This document shows, one piece after another, positions 10,797 to 23,840 of a DNA stretch of 64,000 nt. A program made the position numbers and the translations under genes. The notes below the pieces were generated by a model. It did not search any database and was not told where the DNA came from. It was given only the letters and a program-made list of their open reading frames with translations. The first letter of the stretch is position 1; every line of letters begins with the position of its first letter. The stretch is from Mobula birostris (lineage: Eukaryota): contig NC_092384.1 in the NCBI RefSeq assembly GCF_030028105.1, forward strand, positions 16,871,629-16,935,628, given 5' to 3'.

Positions 10797-13756
10797 GGGC
10801 TGGGTGAAAATAAATGATGTTGAAAGTTCAAGCAAATCAGCTGATTTTGTGAGTTTGTGAGTGGTGGTAAAAATCTTCTGAGGTGTATATATTTCAATGC
10901 TAGGAGTATTGCTGGTAAGGCGGATGAGTTGAGGGCGTGGATTGATACGTGGAATTATGACGTTGTGGCAATTAGTGAGACTTGGCTACAGGAGGGGCAG
11001 GAATGGCAGCTTAATATTCCAGGATTCCGATGTTTCAGATGTGATCAAGGCAGAGGAATGAAAGGTGGGGGAGTAGCATTGCTTGTTAGGGAAAATATTA
11101 CAGCAGTGCTCAGGCAGGACAGATTAAAGGGCTTTCTACTGAGTCCTCGTGGGTGGAGCTGAGAAACAGGAAAGGTATGGCCACATTAGTGGGATTGTAT
11201 TACAGACCACCCAATAGTCAACGAGACTTCGAAGAGCAAATCTGCAGAGAGATAGCAGGCAACTGCAGGAAACATAAAGTTGTGGTGGTAGGGGATTTTA
11301 ATTTTCCATACATTGATTGGGACTCCCAAACTGTTAGGGGTCAAGATGGTTTAGAGTTTGTAAAATTAGTGCAGGTATGTTTTCTAAATCAATACATAGA
11401 GGGACCAACTAGAGGGGATGCAATATTGGATCTCCTGTTAGGAAACGAATTAGGGCAAGTGACAGAAGTCTGTGTAGGGGAGCAGTTTGGTTCAAGTGAT
11501 CATAACACCATTAGTTTCAATTTGATCATGGACAAGGATAGATCTGGTCCTAGGGTTGAGGTTCTGAACTGGAAGAAGGTCAAATTTGAAGAAATGAGAA
11601 AGGATCTAAAAAGCATGGATTGGGACAGGTTGTTCTCTGGCAAAAATGTGATTGGTAGGTGGGAAGCCTTCAAAGGGGAAATTTTGAGAGTGCAGAGTTT
11701 GTATGTTCCTGTCAGGATCAAAGGCAAATTGAATAGGAATAAGGAACCTTGGTTCTCAAGGGATATTGCAACTCTGATAAAGAAGAAGAGGGAGTTGTAT
11801 GAAATGTATAGGAAACAGGGAGTAAATCAGGTGCTTGAGGAGTATGAGAAGTGCAAGAACATACTTAAGAAAGTAATCAGGAGGGCTAAAAGAAGACATG
11901 AGGTTGCCTTGGCAGTCGAAGTGAAGGATAATCCAAAGAGCTTTTACAGGTATATTAAGAGCAAAAGGATTGTAAGGGATAAAGTTGGTCCTCTTGAAGA
12001 TCAGAGTGGTCGGCTATGTGCGGAACCAAAAGAAATGGGGGAGATCTTAAATAGGTTTCTTGCATCTGTATTTACTAAGGAAACTGGCATGAAGTCTATG
12101 GAATTGAGGGAATCAAGTAGTGAGATCATGGAAACTGTACAGATTGAAAAGAAGGAGGTGCGCTGTCTTGAGGGAAATTAAAGTGGATAAAACCCCGAGA
12201 CCTGACAGAGTGTTCCCTCGGACCTTGAAGGAGACTAGTGTTGAAATTGCGGGGGCCCTCACAGAAGTATTTAAAATGTCACTGTCTACGGCTGAGGTGC
12301 CGGAGGATTGGAGAGTGGCTCATGTTGTTCCGTTGTTTAAAAAAGGATCGAAAAGTAGTCCGGGAAATTATAGGTCGGTGAGTTTAACGTCGGTAGTAGG
12401 TAAGTTATTGGAGGGAGTACTAAGAGACAGAATCTACAAGCATTTGGATAGACAGGGACTTATTAGGGAGAGTCAACATGGCTTTGTGCGTGGTAGGTCA
12501 TGTTTGACCAATCTATTGGAATCTTTCGAGGAGGTTGCAGGAAAGTGGATGAAGGGAAGGCAGTGGATATTGTCTACATGATTTCAGTAAGGCCTTTGAC
12601 AAGGTCCCGCATAGGAGGTTAGTTAGGAAAATTCAGTCGCTAGGTATCCATGCAGAGGTGGTAAATTGGATTAGGCATTGACTCGATGGAAGAAGCCAGA
12701 GAGTGGTGATAGAGAATTGCTTCTCTGAGTGGAGGCCTGTGACTAGTGGTGTGCCACAGGGATCAGTGCTGGGTCCATTGTTATTTGTCATCTATATCAA
12801 TGATCCGGATGCTAATATGGTAAATTGGATCAGCAAGTTTGCTGATGATGCAACGATTGGAGGTGTAGTAGACAGTGAGGACGGTTTTCAGAGCCTGCAG
12901 AGGAACTTGGACCAGCTGGAAAAATGGGCTGAAAAACGGCAGATGGAGTTTAATGCTGACAAGTGTGAGATATTGCACGTTGGAAGAACAGACCAACGTA
13001 GAACATACAGGGTTAATGGTAAGGCACTGAGGAGTGCAGTGGAACATAGGGATCTGGGAATACAGATACAAAATTCCCTAAAAGTGTCGTCACAGGTAGA
13101 TAGGGTCGTAAAGAGAGCTTTTGGTACATTGGCCTTTATTAATCTAAGTATTGAGTATAAGAGCTGGAATGTTATAATGAGGTTGTATAAGGCATTGGTG
13201 AGGCCGAATCTGGAGTATTGTGTTCAGTTTTGGTCACCAAATTGCAGGAAGGATATAAATAAGGTTGAAAGAGTGCAGAGAAGGTTTACAAGGATGTTGT
13301 CAGGACCTGAGAAACTCAGTTACAGAGAAAGGTTGAATAGGTTAGGACATTATTCCCTGGAGCGTAGAAGAATGAGGAGAGATTTGATAGAGGTATATAA
13401 AAGTATGATGGGTATAGATAGAGTGAATGCAAGCAGGCTTTTTCCACTGAGGCAAGGGGAGAAAAAAAGCGGAGGACACGGGTTAAGGGTGAGGGGGGAA
13501 AAGTTTAAAGGGAACCTTAAGGTGGGCTTTTTCACACAGAGAGTGGTGGGAGCATGGAATGAGCTGCCAGATGAGGTGGTAAATGCAGGTTATTTTTTAA
13601 CATTTAAGAATAAATTGGGCAGATACATGGACGGGAGGTGTATGGAGGGATATGGTCCGTGTGCAGGTCAGTGGGACTAGGCAGTAAATGGTTCGGCACA
13701 GCCAAGAAGGGCCAAAAGGCCTGTTTCTGTGCTGTAGTTGCTATGGTTTCTATAGT
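10797..13756 (+). mobile_element. CR1-type LINE, near-complete degenerate ORF2 (APE endonuclease + RT)
   Basis: YFNARSI..ETWL, GDFN, SDHN (APE); [35 protein letters not shown] (RT). Absent from the paralogous site near 44845. Confidence 0.93.
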
Positions 13757-14059
13757 AAAATCTATAAAGGGCGCATCGAGGAAACCTCAACTGATTGACT
13801 GCAGGCTCCATTTGATTTCAATCAGCACGAGCAGAACTGGTGGTAGTGCTGCTATTTCAAACATCTCTTAAATTTCCACAAGAGTAAAAGGGAGACAATA
13901 GGAGAATCCTTCGGAGCTAATATTTTACCTGATACAGACAAAAAAAAAAAACATTCGAATGACTGTCACACACCATTTGTCTGACCTGGCAGCATCGTTC
14001 CCCAATCTTATACGGACAATACTGAATATACTTCAAAGCATCGTGGCTGGCGGTTAACT

Positions 14060-14625
14060 ATGCTGAGCTTCCTGCGAAAGGAGTCAAGACTCTGATTACC
14101 ATGCCAATCACCTCCACATTTTGAGCAGTTACGTATCCAGAATTGCCACGAATCGGCGGGGATCTTATGCTGCTTTCACCGACACGTTATCGCCACTATT
14201 GAATTGTATCTCCTCGCCTCATAGAAATAAAATCGCGCAGGTGCTTCGAGCGTGAATTTTTTCATAGTAACACATATTTTGTCCATTGAATCCTACTGGA
14301 TGTAAATAAGGTCCGGTAGTTGAGAAGTTTGTTCTGGAGAAGATGAATCAATACCGGGCTTCCACGTGTTTCCTACGAACAGAGTCAAAATTCTGATTAC
14401 CGTCCCGATCCCCACGCCATTTTCCCAGTTATGGACCCGGAATTCCCACGAGTCTTTGGGGATGTTAAGCTGCTTTCATAGACATTTTATCGCCATCATT
14501 GAATTCCATCTTCTGTCCTCTCGGAATTTAAATCGTTCGTAGTAACCTATAGTTCTCCATTGGATCCAGCTGGATGGCATCGAGGTGGGGATGTTGAGTT
14601 CGGCCGGAAGTGGACACCAACATTG
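14060..14625. repeat. Two diverged tandem copies of a ~290-bp unique-looking unit
   Basis: gagtcaa..ctgattacc..cagtta..gaatt..ccacg..ggggat..gctgctttca recurs at about 14080 and 14382; a single copy is present at about 45140-45430. Confidence 0.7.
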
Positions 14626-15954
14626 TTGATCTTATCCTGCTCTGGATCTGGATGAATTGTAAGAGAATGTTCAAATGAGAGACAGCTCTTCTTTACCTTT
14701 CAGGTCATTTAAGTTGTCTAATCTAGAAAAGTCACTGTGGCAGAATACACCGGCTGCAGTGGATAAGTTTTCTGCCGAGACTGGAGATCCTGAGCTTCAG
14801 ATGCTCCTTTCCTCGATACATAAGTACCAAAGATGGCAGTACTGTGATTTATTCCCCATGAACCACTGTCTGTTCTCCATTAGACGATTCTTCATGGCGT
14901 GTAGTAATGGATCGGTAACTTGGACCGATGACTGAGCAATTAAAAAGAAGCTGGCTGAAAAAATTGCCTCGTTCAAGCACTTGTGAGGTTGTCGTGGCTG
15001 CTTTTAGGCGACAATTAAATAACACCGCACATGCATCATTAATTGTAAATGCTTTGGATCGAGTCCCTGTATCTCTATAGTTTCACCGGCATAGATTTTG
15101 TTCATTGTTAGCTGGCGTGGAAAAGCACAGAAAGTATAAGAAAATTCGTGATTTTAAGTATTTAATTTATCGGTTTATGAATTAAAATGCTTGAATATTT
15201 CTGAGAACGTCAGAAATATCAAGATGTTTCCAACTGTTAAGCACAAACGTCGTTAGGTCTGCGGACTGACTGTGAATTTAGATTTCTAATTTGTGAGACA
15301 TTTCGGTCCACTCCACGAGATAATTCATTGAAACGTCGCGCCTTTAACTGTCTTTACCTTCATTGGAAACATATTCCCAGATGTTTTCAACAATGTCTTT
15401 CTATGAGAGAACGGCACAGGGACAGGCCTTCCGACGAACAATGCTGCCGCAAACCAGTTAAAAAGCAAACCAAAACACCCAAACACTAATCGCACCCACC
15501 TAAGTCATTTCCATATTCCTTCATCCTCTTATATCCAGCTACCTATCCAAGCTTTTATTAAGAGCCCCTATTGTACTTGTCGTTACGACCATGCCCGGCA
15601 TGGCATTCCAGGCATCCACGACTCTCTGAGTAAAAAAGCTTTCCTCTCACATCTCCTTTAAACCCACCTCCTGTCACTTTCAATTTCATTTCACGTTTCG
15701 TCTGGTCACCTATCTCCTTGAGGCATGTAATATTTTATTTTACTGTATTGCGTAGTTAATAAAAGTACCATCATGTATTAGCAATACCGGACTCCAAATT
15801 GTTTCCCATTTCTGCTGGTTCTTGAACCCGTCACCGGGTACGAGACAAAGTGGAGTTTTACTTTCTATTCTAAGACTAGTATTGGAGAGTGAAGACCTTA
15901 CTCAAGTACGGGAACCTGATGGAATGCGCAAAGTTGGTGTCATTCGGCGGTTTC

Positions 15955-18900
15955 ATAAAGGATTGGAGTGAGCCGGGAGCAGAGTGAAGGCTGTAGGGCT
16001 TTGCCTCATTGGGCTTAGTCCGAAACGGGCGAGGCAAAGTAGGTTTAGTTTTTATTTTTTCCTGTTATTTGAGGAAAGGGAGAAGTATGAGTGTGAGGGC
16101 AGCTTGTTGTTCTCGGTGTCGGATGTGGGAGGTCCTGGAGTCTGCTAGCCTCCCGGACGTCCACATCTGCTCCAGGTGAGCGGAGCTGCAGCTCCAAAGG
16201 GACCGTGTTAGGGAAATGGAGCTGCAGCTCAATGACCTTCGTCTGGTCAGGGAGAGTGAGGAGTTGATAGAGAGGAGTTACAGGCAGGTGGTCACACCGG
16301 GGCCACGGGAGACAGGCAAGTGGGTCACAGTTAGGAAGGGGAAGGGGAAGAATCAGGTAATAGAGAGTACCCCTGTGGCTGTGCCCCTTGACAATAAGTA
16401 CTCCTCTTTGAGTACTGTTGGGGGGAACAGCTTACATGGGGGAAGCGACAGTGGCCGTGACTCCGGCACAAAGTCCGGCCCTGTAGCTCAGAAGGGTAGG
16501 GAAAGGAAGAGGAGGGCAGTAGTAATAGGGGACTCGATAGTAAGGGAGTCAGATAGGCGATTCTGTGGACGCAGTCCAGGGACTCGGATGGTAGTTTGCC
16601 TCCCTGGTGTCAGGGTCCGGGATATTTCTGTCGATTCCAAGATATCCTGAAGTGAGAGGGTGAGGAGCCAGAGGTCGTGGTACAATTAGGTACAAATGAC
16701 ATAGGTCGGAAAAGGGAAGAGGTCCTGAAGGAGAATATAGGGAGTTAGGAATGGAGTTGAGAAAAAAGGACTACAAAGGTAATAATTCGCGATTGCTGCC
16801 TGTGCTACGCGACAGTGAGAGTAGGAATGCAATGACATGGATGATAAATGCGTGGCTGAGGGATTGGAGCAGGGGGCAGGGATTCAAGTTTTTGGATCAT
16901 TGGGACCTCTTTTGGGCTAGATGTGACCTGTACAAAAAGGACGAGTTACACTTGAATCCTTGGGGGACCAATATCCTGGCTGGGAGATTTGCGAGGGCTA
17001 TTGAGTTGACTGTGAACTAGAATGGTTGGGGTGTGTGAATCAAATTAAAGAGACTAGGAGAGAGGAGGTTACTTCACAACAGGGGGATGGGAACAAGTGC
17101 AGAGAGACAGAGAGGTGTAAAATGAGGGTAGAAGCAAAAAGTAGTAAGGTGAAAAGTAAAAGTGGCAGGCTGGCAAATCCAGGGCAAAAATCAGAAAGGG
17201 CCACTTTTGAACATAATTGTATAAGGGTTAGGAGTGTTGTAAAAGCAAGCCTGAAAGCTTTGTGTGTCAATGCGAGGAGCATTCGTAACAAGGTGGATAG
17301 ATTAAAAGTGCAGATTGTTATTAATGAATATGATATAGTTGGGATCACAGAGACATGGCTCCAGGGTGACCAAGGATGGGAGCTCAACATCTAGGGATAT
17401 TCAATATTCAGGAGGGATAGACATAAAATAAAAGGAGGTTGGGTAGCATTGCTGGTTAGAGAGCAGATTAACGCAATAGAACGGAAGGGCATTAGCCGGG
17501 AGGATGTGGAATCGGTATGGGTAGAGCTGCATAACACTAAGGGGCAGAAAAAGCTGGTGGGAGTTTTGTACAGGTCACCTAACAGTAGTAGTGAGGTTGG
17601 GGATGGTATTAAACAGGAAATTAGAAATGCGTGCAATAAAAGAACAGGTTATAATGGGTGTCTTCAATCTACATATAGATTGGGTGTACCAAATTGGTAA
17701 GGGTGCTGAGGAAGAGGATTTCTTGGAATGTATGCGGGATGGTTTTTGAACCAACATGTCGAGGAACCAACTAGAGAGCAGGCCATTCTAGACTGGGTAT
17801 TGAGCAATGAGGAAGGGTTAATTAGCAATCTTGTCGTGAGAGGCCCCTTGGGTAGGAGTGACCATAATATGGTGGAATTCTTCATTAAGATGGAGAGTGA
17901 CATAGTTAATTCAGAAACAAAGGTTCTGAACTTAAAGAAGGGTAACTTTGAAGGTATGAGACATGTATTAGCTAAGATAGAATGGCAAATGATACTTAAA
18001 GAGTTGACGGTGGATATGCAATGGCAAGCATTTAAAGATTCCATGGATGAACCACAACAATTGTTCATCCCAGTTTGGCAAAAGAATAAATCTGGGAAGG
18101 TAGTTTACCCGTGGCTTACAAGGCAAATTAGGGATAGTATCACTTTCAAAGAAGAAGCATACAACTTAGCCAGAAAAAGCGGCTCACCTGAGGACTGGGA
18201 GAAATTCAGAGTCCAGCAGAGTAGGAGAAAGCGCTTAATTAGGAAAGGATAAAAGATTATGAGAGAAAACTGGCAGGGACCATAAAAACTGACTGTAAAA
18301 GCTTTTATAGACATGTGAAAAGAAAAAAAAAAGATTGGTTAAGGCAAATGTAGGTCCCCTACAGACAGAAACAGGTGAATTGATTATGGGGAACAAGGAC
18401 ATGCAGACCAATTGAATAACTACTTTGGTTCTGTCATCACCAAGAAGGACATAAATAGTCTTCTGGAAATAGTAGGGGACAGAGGGTCCAGTGAGATGGA
18501 GGAACTGAGGGATATACATGTTAGTAGGGAAGTGGTGTTAGGTGTTTTGAAGGGATTAAAGCCAGATTAATTCCCAGGGCCAGATGGCCTGCAGAGTGCT
18601 TAAGGAAGTAGCCCAAGAGATGATGGATGCATTAGTGATAATTTTTCAAAACTCTTTAGATTCTGGACTAGTTCCTGAGGATTGGTGGGTGGCTAATGTA
18701 ACCCCGCTTTTTAAAAAAGGAGGGAGTGAGAAACCGAGGAATTATAGACCGGTTAGCCTAACATCGGTGGTGGGGAAAATGCTAGAGTCAGTTATCAAAG
18801 ATGTGATAACATCACATTTGGAAAGTGGTGAAATCATCGGACAAAGTCAGCATGGATTTGTGAAAGAATAATCATATATGACGAATCTAATAGATTTTCT

Positions 18901-20165
18901 TGAGGATGTAACTAGTAGAGTGGATAGGGGCGAACCAGTGGATGTAGTATATTTGGATTTTCAAAATACTTTTGACAAGGTCCCGTAAAAGAGATTATTG
19001 TGCAAACTTAAAGTACACGGTGTTGGGGGTAAGGTATTGATGTGGATAAAGAATTTGTTGGCAGACAGGAAGCAAAGAGTGGGAATAAACGGGACCTTTT
19101 CAGAATGGCAGGCAGTGACTAGTGGGGTACTGCAAGGCTCAGTGCTGGGACCTCAGTTGTTTACAATATATATTAATGACTTAGATGAGTGAATTAAATG
19201 CAGCATCTCCACGTTTGCGGATGACACGAAGCTGGCCGGCAGTGTTAGCTGTGAGGAGTATGCTGAGACGGTGCAGGGTGACCTGGATAGGTTAGGTGAC
19301 TGGGCGAATTCATGGCAGATGCAATTTAACGTGGATAAATGTGAGGTTATCCGATTTGGTGGCAAAAACAGGAAAACAGATTATTATCTGAATGGTGGCC
19401 GATTAGGAAAAGGGGAGGTGCAACGAGACCTGGGTGTCATTGCACACCAGTCATTGAAACTGGGCATGCAGGTACAGCAGGCAGTGAAAAAGGCGAATGG
19501 TATGCTCGCATTCATAGAAAGAGGATTCAAGTACCGGAGCAGGGAGGTACTACTGCAGTTGAAAAAAGCCTTGGTGAGACCACACCTGGAGTATTGCGTG
19601 CAGTTTTGGTCCACTAATCTGAGGAAAGACATTCTTGCCATAGAGAGAGTACAAAGAAGGTTCACCAGATTGATTCCTGGGATGGCAGGACTTTGATATG
19701 ATGAAAGACTGGACCGACTAGGCTTATACTCTCTGGAATTTAGAAGATTGACGGGGGTATCTTATTGAAATGTATAAAATCCTAAAGGGATTGGACAGGC
19801 TAGATGGAGGAAGATTGTTCCCGATGTTGGGGAAGTCCAGAACGAGGGGTCACAGGGGTCACAATTTGAGGATAAAGGGGAAGCCTTTTAGGACCGAGAT
19901 TAGGAAAAACTTCCTCACACAGCGAGTGGTGAATCTGTGGAATTCTGTGCCACAGGAAACAGTTGAGGCCAGTTCATTGGCTATATTTAAGAGGAAGTTA
20001 GGTATGGCCCTTGTGGCTAAAGGGATCAGGGAGTATGAAAGGAAGGCTGGTACAGGGTTCTGAATTAGATGATCAGCCATGATCATACTGAATGGCGGTG
20101 TAGGCTCGAAGGGCCGAATGGCCTACTCCTGCACCTATTTTCTATGTTTTTCTATGTGTCTATGT
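15955..20165 (+). mobile_element. Near full-length CR1 LINE: ORF1 (Cys-rich/leucine zipper + SGNH esterase) and ORF2 (APE-RT), inactivated
   Basis: ORF1 from ATG 16087: CCSRCRMWE, ELQLNDLRLVRE, VIGDSIVR, CLPG, GTND, KDELHLN. ORF2: VNARSIRNKVD, ETWL, SDHN, YRPVSLTS, QGSVLGP, FADD, LEYCVQFWS. Several stops and frameshifts. Confidence 0.93.
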
Positions 20166-21189
20166 TTCAAACTTGGGCAACCGATGCTTTTTGTGCAGTA
20201 TCTATGCCTCTGATATTCTTGTAAACTTCTCTCAGATCAGCCCTCAGCCTTCGATGCCGCAATGGAAACAACCCAAGTTTTCCCATCCTCTCTTTATAGT
20301 ATAAACGTTTCAACTGAATTTTCGTTATTCTTTTGCTGAGATAATAGGAAGCTATGTTGGACTTAGTCCGACTGCAAAATTAATGCTACTGTTCGATACC
20401 ATTCGGTAGAAATGACAGGCTTATCACAGCAGGCTCGGCTCCATCGGCTGAGAGAGAAATCGTCTTAACACTTCAAATTGACAGTTTTTCACTCGGCCAT
20501 CAACAGCAATGTTTCGTATTTTCTCCTGTTTGTTAAAAGTTCCTGACCGGCCAAGGCTTCCTCATGTTTTTTGTTTGCTTCATTTCGCCTTGCAGACATC
20601 CGCAATGCTGTTTTCCATTAATTACCCTGCTTTCCATTAACCACATAACGTGATATGCTATAAACACCTATAAACACCTCGTCTTTAAATGCATCGTGGA
20701 AATATTTTGGTTAAAGGCATCATGTCTCATCATGCCATTTTTCTATCTGTTCCTTATCCCATTAACACTGCTTTTAATATAAGATGGATGAGTACAGCAC
20801 AGGAATAGGACCTTAGTCAAAGCTCTCTGTCGCGTTCACGATGTCATATTAAATTAAATCTTTGCGAGTTTATTGTGCTCTATATCCCAAAATCCACTGC
20901 ACATTTGAGTGTCCATTCTTAAGCCTCTTTCCTACAGTATCTTCTTCTGCTTTCACCTGCTTTAATGTATAGGGATTTTTATTTAATTCCTGCAAGTAAG
21001 CTACGTCGAGTTCCCGGCGCTCCTACATTTTATGCGAATTGAACTTTTTGTAACCATTTGTCACGTGTTTCTGCGAGTCCGTATGAAGGAAATGTATACC
21101 GTTTAAATGAAAGAGCAGGACTTTCAACTAATTCTCAAATGTATTTTCTAACTCGTCTTAGTCTGGAACACATTAAAGTAATCAAATGA

Positions 21190-21860
21190 CAATCTGGTTC
21201 TCAGTGACCTGAAGCAGATATTATTTCATGTAATCTATGAATTCTGTTATGACTTGCACCATCTGAAAAATTACACGGCTGGCAGGAAGGAGCTCAAGAA
21301 TGAAATTAGGAGAGCTAGAAGGGGGCATGAGAACGCCTTGGCGAGCAGGATTAAGGAAAATCCCAAGGCATTCTACGAGTATGTGAAGAGCAGGAGGTTG
21401 AGCCGTGAGGGAATGGGACCAAAGGAGAATGAGTAGAAACATGTGCATGGAGCCGGAGGAGATAGCGGAGGTACTTAACGAATACTTTGCTTCAGAATTC
21501 GCTAGTGAAAAGGACCTTTGCAATTGTGGGGATGACTTACAGTGACTTGGAACGCTTGATACTTTTGAAAGGTATTATGAATAGGTAGGGAAGGAACACC
21601 AGAGGAATGGAAGGTTGCAAATGTTGTTTCCTTTTTCGATAAAGGGAGTAGAGATAACCCAGGAAATTGTAGACCAGTGAATCCTACTTCTGGGGTGGGC
21701 CAGTTGTAGAGAAGATCCAGAAAGGCAGGATTTGTGAGCATTTGGAGAGACATAATTTGATTAAGGATAGTCAGCATGGCTTTGGCTTTGTCAAGGGCGT
21801 GACATGCTTTACGAACCTGAGTAAATTCTTTGAGGATATAACAAAACACATTACTGAAAG
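21190..21860 (+). mobile_element. CR1 ORF2 fragment
   Basis: KNEIRRARRGHE..IKENPKAFYEYVKS; NCRPVNPTS; SQHGF. Confidence 0.8.
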
Positions 21861-21864
21861 TAGA

Positions 21865-23075
21865 ATTGAATCGAATTGGATGAATTTAACTTAATACTTA
21901 AATACATGCTCATCTCCGTCTAAATGTGCAATATGCAATTTATAGTCATTTATAATAAATAGTATGTACAGCAGGATAGTCAATATAACATAGAAATAAA
22001 GCTGTGTCAACATGAGTTAAGCAGTTTAATGATCTGGTGGAAGAAGCTGTCCTGGAGCCTGTTGGTCGCGGCTTTTAGATGAGATAAGATTACATTCAAC
22101 TTTATTGTCTTTGTGCCGAGTACAGATACGAAGCCAAAGAAATGTAGTTAGAATCTGACCAGAAATGCAAAGAATAGTGTTATTTACAGAATAACTTCGA
22201 ATAAAAAGTAAGTGCTACAGCACACAAATATAAAAGTACTGAGACAGTACAGTATGGGTGCAATACCTCTTTGCGCTGTGATGTGAGGTTCAGCAGGGTC
22301 ACAGCGTCAGGGAAGAAGCTCTTCCTGTGCCTGCTGGGAGGAGAGTAAAAAGTCCATGCTTAGGGTGAGATGCATCCTTGATAATGCTTTTCGCCCTGCC
22401 TTGGCAGCGTTTATGGTAGGTGTTCTCAATGGTGGGCAATTGAGTGTCGATAATCAGCTGGAAAGTTTTCAACACAGGCTGGAGTGCTTTGCGGTCCGAT
22501 ACGGGGCAATTGTCATACCACACTGAGATGCAGTTGGTGAGTATGCTCTCAATGGTACAGCGGTAAAAGTCCGTCAGTATCCTGGGATAGATTTATGCTT
22601 TCTTGATGCTCTGCAGGAAATAAAGGGGTTGTTGTGCCTTTTTGATCAGGATGGAGGAGTTCAGGGAGTAGGTGAGATCCTCGGAAATGTGGACACCAAG
22701 GAATTTGAAGCTTGATACACGCTCCACTACAGCTCCGTTGATGTAGATGGGGACGGGAGTGTGTCTCCTAGGATGCCTGAATTCCACAATGATCTCCTTG
22801 GTCTTCTGGGCGTTAAGGGCCTGGTTGTTGTCGGCACACCACGCGGCCAGGTACTGGACCTCGTCCCTGTAGGCCGTCTCTTCATCCCCTCTGATCAGGC
22901 CAACTACCGCCGTGTCGTCTGCGAACTTGATTATGGAGTTAGAACCACGTACAGGAACGCAGTCATAGGTGAAAATGGAGTACAGAAGAGGGCTCAGCAC
23001 ACAGCCGTGAGGCACGCTGGTGTTCTGGGTGAGAGGCGTAACTTAACTGATTGGGGTCTGTTAGTCAAAAAGCTG
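21865..23075 (-). mobile_element. Rex1/Babar-type non-LTR retrotransposon, RT and 3' end
   Basis: PHGCVLSPLLYSIFTYDC..IIKFADDTAVVGLI..WCADNNQALNAQKTKEIIVEFR..FKFLGVHISEDL. Confidence 0.85.
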
Positions 23076-23089
23076 CGGTACCATTTCTC

Positions 23090-23835
23090 GGATGGTAGCA
23101 GCTGGAAGAGTATTTGCCAAAGCTGTGTACGACCCTATCTACCCGTGACGCCACTTTCAACAAATTATGCAGCTTTATTCCCAGATCCTTTTGTCCTATC
23201 ACACTCCTCAGTGCCCTGCCATTTACCGTGTAAGATCTACCCTGGCTGGCTGCACCGAAATGCAACATCTCGTACTTGCCAAATGTAAGTTCCAACTGCC
23301 ACTTTTAGCCTTTTTTTCCCTACTGATCCAGATCCCTCTGCAGCCAGGAGAGCTTCCCTTGTCCACTGCACCCACAATCCTGCTGTAAACCGCAAATTTG
23401 CTGATCTGTTCATGGACATCGTCATCCAGATCGGTAATATAGAAGACAGACAGCAACGGACCCTGCGCAGACCCCTGTGGAATGCCCGATCAGAGAGGCA
23501 ACCATACAAAGCTATTTCTTGGCTTCTCCCACAAAGTCTGTGTCGAACCCAATTTACTACTTCATCTTGAATGCCAAGCAACTGAACCTTCTTGACCAAC
23601 TTTCCATGTGGGCCTTGTCAAATGCCTTACTAAAGTCGATGTTGGCAACATGCGCTGACTTGTCTTCATCCACTTCTCTGGTAACCTCCTCGGAAAACTC
23701 TATCAAATTGGTTAGATATGACATACAATGCGCGAAGCCATGCTGACTCTCCTTAATCAGTCTATGTCTATCCAAATACTTCTATATCAGGTCCCTTAGA
23801 ACATTTCCCAACAACTTTCACCCTACCGCTGTCAG
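23090..23835 (-). mobile_element. CR1 RT fragment
   Basis: LIKESQHGF..LTNLIEFSEEVT..DFSKAFDK. Confidence 0.8.
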
Positions 23836-23840
23836 GCTCA

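Larger units (their letters stand above)
3320..20860. repeat. Segmental duplication, copy 1 (lacks the gene body; inflated by TE insertions)
   Basis: Collinear non-TE homology with 27040-46780 in blocks: 3320-4700/27040-28490, 6225-7628/28970-30305, 8080-9030/34265-35220, 10290-10795/44295-44840, 13757-15405/44845-46218, 20295-20860/46225-46780. Confidence 0.85.
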
